Shown: piece by piece, positions 58,159-64,000 of the stretch
Layout: every line of letters starts with the position of its first letter
Position numbering within the stretch: position 1 is the stretch's first letter
Made by a program: the position numbers and the translations under genes
Notes under the pieces: generated by a model
The model's database searches: none
What the model saw: the letters and a program-made list of their open reading frames with translations, nothing else
What the model was told of the DNA's origin: nothing
DNA from: Candidatus Poribacteria bacterium
GTDB taxonomy: Bacteria; Poribacteria; WGA-4E; PCPOR2b
Direction of reading: 5' to 3'
Assembly: GCA_965198175.1 (NCBI GenBank)
Contig: OZ240245.1
Coordinates: 4,640,001-4,704,000 of the forward strand
DNA length: 64,000 nt

Positions 58159-59310
58159 ATGGCACAGAACAATTTCATACCGTTATGTCGTCCATGGATT
58201 GATGAAGCCGAAATTGAAGCAGTGAGCGAAGTTCTTGCCTCCAAATGGATTAGCACGGGACCAAAAACGGGGGAATTTGAGCACCGGTTTGCAGAATACA
58301 TCGGTGTGAAGCACGCCTTGGCGGTGAGTTCTTGCACTGCCGCATTGCACCTATCGCTTATTGCAGCAGGCGTCGGCGAAGGCGATGAGGTGATTACAAC
58401 ACCATACACCTTTACCGCAACGGCGGAAGCAATTGGCTATACGGGCGCGAAACCCGTCTTCGTTGATATTGATCCGGGAACTTTGAATATTGATGTCGGC
58501 AGAATTGAGGAGGCAATCACACTCCGCACGAAAGCCATTATCCCCGTCCATGTCGCGGGATTGCCCTGCGATATGGACGGGCTTCTACAAATCTGCCGAA
58601 AACACAATCTAGTACTCATTGATGACGCTGCACATGCAATTCCGTCGGACTATAACGGACATCGCATCGGATCCATTGGCAATCTGTCAGCTTTTAGCTT
58701 TTACGCCAACAAAAACCTAGCAACCGGTGAAGGTGGTATGATTACGACCAACAGCGATCTATTTGCATCAGCCATTAAGAGGACGTTCTATCACGGAATG
58801 AGTAAAGATTCGTGGGCGCGCCGGCAGGAGCGGAGCACCTGGTACTATGAAGTTGTTTCTCAGGGATACAAATATAATATGACTGATATCCAGGCGGCAA
58901 TGGGATTGTGTCAACTCCTGAAAATCGAGAAGCAACGTGAAATTCGCAGTCGGTATGCCAAAATCTATACGTCGAAACTTCGAGAACTTCCCAACATTGT
59001 CACTCCCCAGGAACAAGCGATAAGTAGTCATGCTTGGCACCTATACATAATCCAGCTGCGAACATTACAGTTGAAGATTAGTCGTGATGAATTCATTGAT
59101 GCAATGCGCAAAGCCAACATCGAATGTGGCGTCCATTACATCCCTCTGAATCTTTTTCCATTTTATCAGCAACGATACGGGTATCAGAAGGGAGATTTTC
59201 CCCACGCCGAGTCAGCTTTCAAGCGTGTCGTCAGTTTGCCGATGCATCCCGGGTTGACGGAGGAGGACATCCACGCTGTTATTGACACAATCAAGGAAAT
59301 CTTGGTATGA
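58159..59310 (+). CDS. DegT/DnrJ family nucleotide-sugar aminotransferase (PseC/ArnB-like)
   Basis: SSCTAALH, GDEVITTPYTF, DDAAHA, FSFYANKNLATGEGG, KYNMTDIQAAMG. Confidence 0.93.
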   Translation: MAQNNFIPLCRPWIDEAEIEAVSEVLASKWISTGPKTGEFEHRFAEYIGVKHALAVSSCTAALHLSLIAAGVGEGDEVITTPYTFTATAEAIGYTGAKPVFVDIDPGTLNIDVGRIEEAITLRTKAIIPVHVAGLPCDMDGLLQICRKHNLVLIDDAAHAIPSDYNGHRIGSIGNLSAFSFYANKNLATGEGGMITTNSDLFASAIKRTFYHGMSKDSWARRQERSTWYYEVVSQGYKYNMTDIQAAMGLCQLLKIEKQREIRSRYAKIYTSKLRELPNIVTPQEQAISSHAWHLYIIQLRTLQLKISRDEFIDAMRKANIECGVHYIPLNLFPFYQQRYGYQKGDFPHAESAFKRVVSLPMHPGLTEEDIHAVIDTIKEILV

Positions 59311-59478
59311 TAGCCAACCTACCGAAGGTTGAGATTCTGGAGAACAGAAGCGGATGTAAATCCAAGATTTCCACCGGCTAAAGGAGGTAAAGCGTAGAAC
59401 CTTGAAAGTTTCTAAGCACGAGATTAGAGAAAGACTAAATGAAAGCACCTCAAGTGGTCCAGCAAAAGGGGGAGCAAC

Positions 59479-60516
59479 ATGAGGCTCATTCAATTTCACT
59501 TACTTGAGAAAGGAAGACGGATCGGGTATATTGATGGTGACAGAATCGTTGATTTGACCAGCGTCCACGAAAAGTGGACGCACATCCAGACACTCTTCCT
59601 TGAAGCCCGCCGAAGTCGCAAGACCATCAGTGCATACCTCGCCGATTTCCCTGCGCACAACGCTGATATGGTGCCCTACAATGAGCTGCTAGAAGCTCGT
59701 CCAGAAGATGCGAGCGGCTGGATTCTACCACCGCTCGACCATCCAGACCCAAGCCACTGTTTGATTTCGGGTACGGGTTTGACGCATATGGGAAGTATGG
59801 AAAAACGTGCCGAGATGCATATCGCTGCCGACGAAGAAACCGAGTCCGAAAAGACCGATTCCGAAAAGATGTTCGAGATGGGGCTAAAGGGCGGAAAGCC
59901 CGATGCAGGTGTCCGCGGCATTCAGCCAGAATGGTTCTATAAAGGAACTGGTGTCTTCCTACGGGGGCATAACGATGTTCTTGATATCCCAGACTTCACG
60001 GAAGATGGCGGCGAAGAACCAGAAATCGTCGGCTGCTATGTGATTGACGACGATGGCAGTCCTTGTAGGATAGGGTTTGCGATCGGGAATGAATGGGCGG
60101 ATCACCGGATGGAACGAGTGAATTACCTTTGGTTGGCTCCGTCTAAAATGCGCGTCTGCGCTGTTGGACCTGAACTAGTCACAGACAGAGAATTCAAGGA
60201 TATCCAAGGCAGTTGCCGCATCACACGAGGAAAAGAGCTACTCTACCATTCAGGTAAATTGCTTACGGGCGAGAGCCACATGAGCCATAGCCTCGCAAAC
60301 CTTGAGGACCACCATTTCAAGTATCCACACTTTCGCCTCCCCGGCGACGTGCACATTCATTTCTTCGGCACGATGAAACTCGCCTTCCCCAATCGGCCAA
60401 CCTTCCAAACCGGCGATCGCATCGAAATCCGTTTTGACGGGATGGGCGCGCCACTTGTCAATTATCCCCGGCAGATTTCCTTTTCCAAAACTCCCGTGAT
60501 CGTAGAGACAGGATAA
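59479..60516 (+). CDS. fumarylacetoacetate-hydrolase-family protein (AraD1/GguC-like)
   Basis: SGTGLTH, QPEWFYKG, DGGEEPEI, GNEWADH, NYLWLAPSK, MSHSLANLEDHHFKY, GDVHIHFFGT. Confidence 0.85.
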   Translation: MRLIQFHLLEKGRRIGYIDGDRIVDLTSVHEKWTHIQTLFLEARRSRKTISAYLADFPAHNADMVPYNELLEARPEDASGWILPPLDHPDPSHCLISGTGLTHMGSMEKRAEMHIAADEETESEKTDSEKMFEMGLKGGKPDAGVRGIQPEWFYKGTGVFLRGHNDVLDIPDFTEDGGEEPEIVGCYVIDDDGSPCRIGFAIGNEWADHRMERVNYLWLAPSKMRVCAVGPELVTDREFKDIQGSCRITRGKELLYHSGKLLTGESHMSHSLANLEDHHFKYPHFRLPGDVHIHFFGTMKLAFPNRPTFQTGDRIEIRFDGMGAPLVNYPRQISFSKTPVIVETG

Positions 60517-60698
60517 AGTGTGGTCTCGGAGAGCGAGTGCGGATAACCATCACCCACCCGCATAAAGAGGTAGCATGAAGGTTAGGTACTGTCTCACATA
60601 CGACCGGTTAACAACGCCCATTGTCTATTTTCTGACACAACATTCTCAATTCATTCAGAAGTAGGTAAAGCGCATAAACCTGAGATTGTTCCGTAGTT

Positions 60699-61569
60699 AT
60701 GTTGAAACCTCCTTTTTTGGAAGCCATCCAAAATCAAATTCTCGTCTGGGACAGCGCAGCGGGTACGCAACTGCGGGAACGAATTCCCCCGTATGTTCAG
60801 TGTCTCAACGCCTGTAATATCCATCAAGATTATTTTCATATTGTTGAAAAATTTTATCAAGAATACAGGAACAAGGGGGCGGATATACTTCAAAACCAAT
60901 ACCTTCGGCGCAAATGCGACTAAGCTCAAGAACTACGGGTTTGAAATGCAGGTCGCAGAAATCAATCGCGCCGGAGCAGTGCTAGCTCGTGAGATTGCTG
61001 GCGATGAACGTTATGTTGCGGGGTCGGTTCGGCCGCTTGAAATGGACGCGCTAGGTGAACATTTTGACGGTTCATGAATTGAGGAGGCGTGCAATTTCTA
61101 CTTCGGCGGTGGATTCACGATTGCTGAAAACCTTGGTCCGCACGTCAAGCACCTTGCCAACAAAATCAAAAGTGGTGCTAAATTCGCATACACGCAACCC
61201 GCATTTACGCTTGCGGACATCGAACGCACCTACGAAGCAACAAAAGGACTTGGAATAAAAATTCTCTACGGCGTTCTGCCTATCACTAGTTTTCGCAGTG
61301 CCTCGTTCGCGCGTGATAATTTAGGGATGTATATTCCTCAATCCATCGTTGACCAGTTCCGCGACGTAGGCGATACCGCTGGGAAGAGGTTGGGGATGAA
61401 ATTGACGCTCGACTTGGTGCAGGAGATTCGGACGCAGAACCGTTTTCCGGTCGATAGGTTTTATATTGTCCCGCCCGCAGCGATGAATTGGAAAAATAGA
61501 CAGCGCGTTGTTTCTGAAATAATCTGTGGATATCAACGAAACGATGATGGCAATCGGACGTTTCATTAA
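60699..61569 (+). pseudogene. decayed bifunctional homocysteine S-methyltransferase / methylenetetrahydrofolate reductase (YitJ-like)
   Basis: ILVWDSAAGT...GADILQ, then a frameshift at ~60892 to TNTFGAN...AGSV, an in-frame TGA at 61075, then the MTHFR C-terminus KIKSGAKFAYTQP...GVLP. Confidence 0.8.
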
Positions 61570-61853
61570 CAGTTACAGACCGCTCATCTTTTGGGATTTG
61601 ACAAGTGGCGGCAAGAGGAATTTGTCTTCGGTAGATTGTTCGAGTTCGACCAGACTCAACAAGAGAGATATTGCAACTTCGAGAAGTGCAAGCTACTTGT
61701 GGACACGGTGTCTGTGGCTTCAGGCACTCGGAGATTATGCGTCTTTCTTACATTGCAAACGAGTAACGTGCATCGCCAAGCAATGATAGCAGATTTCGAA
61801 TTGCCCGCCGAGCGAAGCACACGTATTGTTATTTGGGATGCAAACAATTCCTG

Positions 61854-61882
61854 TTGACATACTTCTCTTTTTCGGATATACT
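61854..61882 (+). promoter_or_regulatory. sigma70 promoter for the LamG array
   Basis: TTGACA-17nt-TATACT. Confidence 0.75.
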
Positions 61883-61946
61883 GTTCTTTAGATCTTTAGA
61901 TCTTTAGTTCTTTAGATCTTTAGTTCTTTAGTTCTTTAGTTCTTTA
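61883..61946 (+). repeat. tandem octamer repeat (G[T/A]TCTTTA)x8
   Basis: Counted directly; begins immediately after the -10 box. Confidence 0.95.
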
Positions 61947-62106
61947 GATATTCTGTGTTTGTATATCTAGAATTTCGTAGGGCACATCTGCCGTGCCGTT
62001 GCGAACAATATTAAGTTTCAACATTGTTGGACCTTAGAAAAAATCCGTTATCGGTCAGAACTGACCTTCTTAATGAGAACGGAAAACGATAATGGAGGTC
62101 GTTTAG

Positions 62107-62919
62107 ATGTATAGCATCAAAGCAAAATTCGCCTTCGGGTGTATTTTCAACTTCGTTGTTTTTGGGTTGATACTAGTTGGGCAAAGTGATGCCCTCAAAA
62201 ACCCCGATTCTGTTGTGGGGGTCTGGATGCTTGATGGAGACGCCAACGATTCATCGGGGAATGACTATCACGGCGAGCTAACCGGATCTCCCGAATGGAT
62301 TTCCGGAAAGTTCGGAATGGCTGTCGATCTCCCTGGTGCCGGGGATACAATCCAGATTACCGGCTTTGCCAACGTTGTTCCCACGGAGGAAATAACGATT
62401 ATGGCATGGGCGCGAATAGACGAGATAAAGAACCAAGACTTCTTCAGTCTAGAGCCCCTTGAGGTTGAAGGCGGCCGTGTCACTACGCACATGCCCTGGG
62501 ATGGCAAAGTTCATTGGCAATTTGGAACTCCTTTCACCGGGATTTTCCCCACGAGCGCAGTGAGCGTCGACGATTCTTCTGTCGGCGTATGGGTGCACTG
62601 GGCATTTATCCACAGTGTCGCCGACAACTTCATGGCGGTCTATAGAAACGGCGAGGAAGCACTCAACCAACAGGCCTCTAAGGTCTTTATGCACGGTGAG
62701 GCGAATTTTCACATTGGCGGTAGACTAGGTTCCTCTTTCGCTGGCGCCATTGATGATTTCGCAATTTTCAGCTCTGTCCTCGGAGCCGATGAAATCAGCG
62801 CGCTAATGAACGATGGAATCATGGCGCACATCGGTGGCGGAGACGGCGGTGGAGGTATTGCAGTCGAGCCGTACGGTAAAGCGGCTACAACTTGGGCGCA
62901 CCTTAAGGATTTAGAATAG
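62107..62919 (+). CDS. secreted LamG-like jelly-roll protein, array unit 1
   Basis: Signal peptide, VGVWMLDG..DSSGN..HG, W.SGKFG.A, TIMAW, WVHWAF, FAGAIDDFAIF, tail AVEPYGKAATTWAHLK. Confidence 0.88.
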   Translation: MYSIKAKFAFGCIFNFVVFGLILVGQSDALKNPDSVVGVWMLDGDANDSSGNDYHGELTGSPEWISGKFGMAVDLPGAGDTIQITGFANVVPTEEITIMAWARIDEIKNQDFFSLEPLEVEGGRVTTHMPWDGKVHWQFGTPFTGIFPTSAVSVDDSSVGVWVHWAFIHSVADNFMAVYRNGEEALNQQASKVFMHGEANFHIGGRLGSSFAGAIDDFAIFSSVLGADEISALMNDGIMAHIGGGDGGGGIAVEPYGKAATTWAHLKDLE

Positions 62920-63055
62920 CTTCTTGCCCAAGGCGCATCACCATTGTCGTAGCGAATAACATAAGTTTCAACATTGTTGGACGCTAGAAAATATCCGTTG
63001 CCGGTCAGAGCTAGCCTTCTCATGGGGACGGCAAACAACTATGGAGGTAATTTTA

Positions 63056-63850
63056 ATGTATAGCATTAAGGCAAAATTGGTCTTCGGGTGTATTTTTAGC
63101 TTCGTTGTTTTTGGGTTGATACTAGTTGGGCAAAGTGATGCCCTCAAAGATCCCGATTCCGTTATGGGTGTCTGGCTGCTTGATGGAGACGCCAACGACG
63201 CATCGGGGAATGACTACAACGGCGAGCTAACCGGAGCTCCCGAATGGATTTCTGGAATGTTCGGTATGGCTGTCGATCTCCCTGGCGCCGGGGATACAAT
63301 CCAAATTAACGGCTTTGGCAACTCTATTCCCGGAGAGGAATTAACGATTTTGGGTTGGGCGCGAATAGACGAGATGAAGAACCAAGACTACTTCAGTCTA
63401 GAGCCGCTTGAGGTTGGTAACCGCGGCCGCATCACATCCCACATGCCCTGGGATAATGCCGTTCACTGGCAATTTGGAACGCCTTTCACAGGGATCGCCC
63501 CCGTTGGTCTCGACAACTCTGTAGTCGGCGTATGGGAGCACTGGGCATTTACCCACAGCGTTGCTGAGAACCGCATGGCGGTCTATAGGAACGGCGTAGA
63601 AGCGACCAGCGGAGACACCTCGGCCGCATTTATAAATGGTGAGGCGAATTTTCACATTGGCGGCAGACTAGGTTCCTCTTTCGCTGGCGCCATTGATGAT
63701 TTCGCAATCTTCAGCGCTGTCCTCGGCGACGATGAAATCAGCGCGCTAATGAACGATGGAATCATGGCGCACATCGGTGGTGGAGGTATTGCAGTCGAGT
63801 CGTCTGGTAAAGCGGCTACAACTTGGGCGCAACTTAAGGATTTAGAATAG
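63056..63850 (+). CDS. secreted LamG-like jelly-roll protein, array unit 2
   Basis: Close paralog of unit 1; GGAGG SD; tail AVESSGKAATTWAQLK. Confidence 0.88.
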   Translation: MYSIKAKLVFGCIFSFVVFGLILVGQSDALKDPDSVMGVWLLDGDANDASGNDYNGELTGAPEWISGMFGMAVDLPGAGDTIQINGFGNSIPGEELTILGWARIDEMKNQDYFSLEPLEVGNRGRITSHMPWDNAVHWQFGTPFTGIAPVGLDNSVVGVWEHWAFTHSVAENRMAVYRNGVEATSGDTSAAFINGEANFHIGGRLGSSFAGAIDDFAIFSAVLGDDEISALMNDGIMAHIGGGGIAVESSGKAATTWAQLKDLE

Positions 63851-63987
63851 GTTCTAGCTCAATGTGCATCACCATTATCGTTGCGAATAAAATCAGATTC
63901 AACGTTGTTGAATCGTAGAGGAAGTCCGTTACCGGTCAGAACTAGCCTTCTAAAGGTAACGGCAAACAATAATGGAGGTTATTTGTA

Positions 63988-64000
63988 ATGTATAGCATCA
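63988..64000 (+). CDS. start of LamG-like array unit 3 (truncated by window end)
   Basis: Same leader, GGAGG SD and ATGTATAGCATCA start as units 1 and 2. Confidence 0.75.

Noticed and set aside
57786..58409. 207-aa minus-strand ORF
   Set aside because: Antisense to rdgB and the DegT gene; no motifs
61883..61946. CRISPR array
   Set aside because: 8-bp units with no spacers; no cas genes or repeat-spacer pattern seen anywhere in the window
62107..64000. Diversity-generating retroelement or integron behind the LamG array
   Set aside because: No reverse transcriptase or integrase in the window, differences include indels and are not adenine-restricted, and no clear attC R-box pair

Overview
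Bacterial chromosomal window (diderm: TonB-dependent receptors, lipoproteins, beta-barrel proteins). It is most consistent with Candidatus Poribacteria, inferred from LamG proteins with a ...TTWxxLK tail and a PhyH dioxygenase; this is not proven. (1) 1-18.1 kb is core: a GHMP-kinase/nucleotidyltransferase fusion, YgfZ/GcvT-like, macrodomain, tRNA-Leu(CAA), mnmG-rsmG directly followed by a partner-switching module (STAS, sensor kinase, REC-PP2C, RsbW, STAS), a degenerate AccD-like gene, two lipoproteins and a 1237-aa barrel-like protein. (2) 18.2-40.5 kb is accessory and bracketed by two TonB receptors. It holds a type I R-M system split by cargo genes (PhyH, long PIMT, TA pairs), five TA-type loci (two with broken toxins, one orphan antitoxin), two secreted proteins and many GTAG-type REP/REPIN palindromes. 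(3) 40.8-60.5 kb is mostly housekeeping (DegT x2, glpD, bioA, purM, purF, alr, rph, rdgB), plus a ferredoxin-membrane-Hsp20-like fusion and an orphan FliG-like gene. (4) 60.7-64 kb has a decayed homocysteine-methyltransferase/MTHFR gene. It is followed by a consensus promoter, an 8x octamer repeat and a tandem array (at least 3 units, ~940 bp) of LamG-like genes, each with a conserved structured leader. The best candidate for an undescribed system is a shared C-terminal [AGS]VxxxxKxxTTW[GA]x[LI]K motif on four signal-peptide proteins (a putative protein-sorting signal), together with the diversified LamG array that carries it. All calls are by eye from motifs; no database searches were run.
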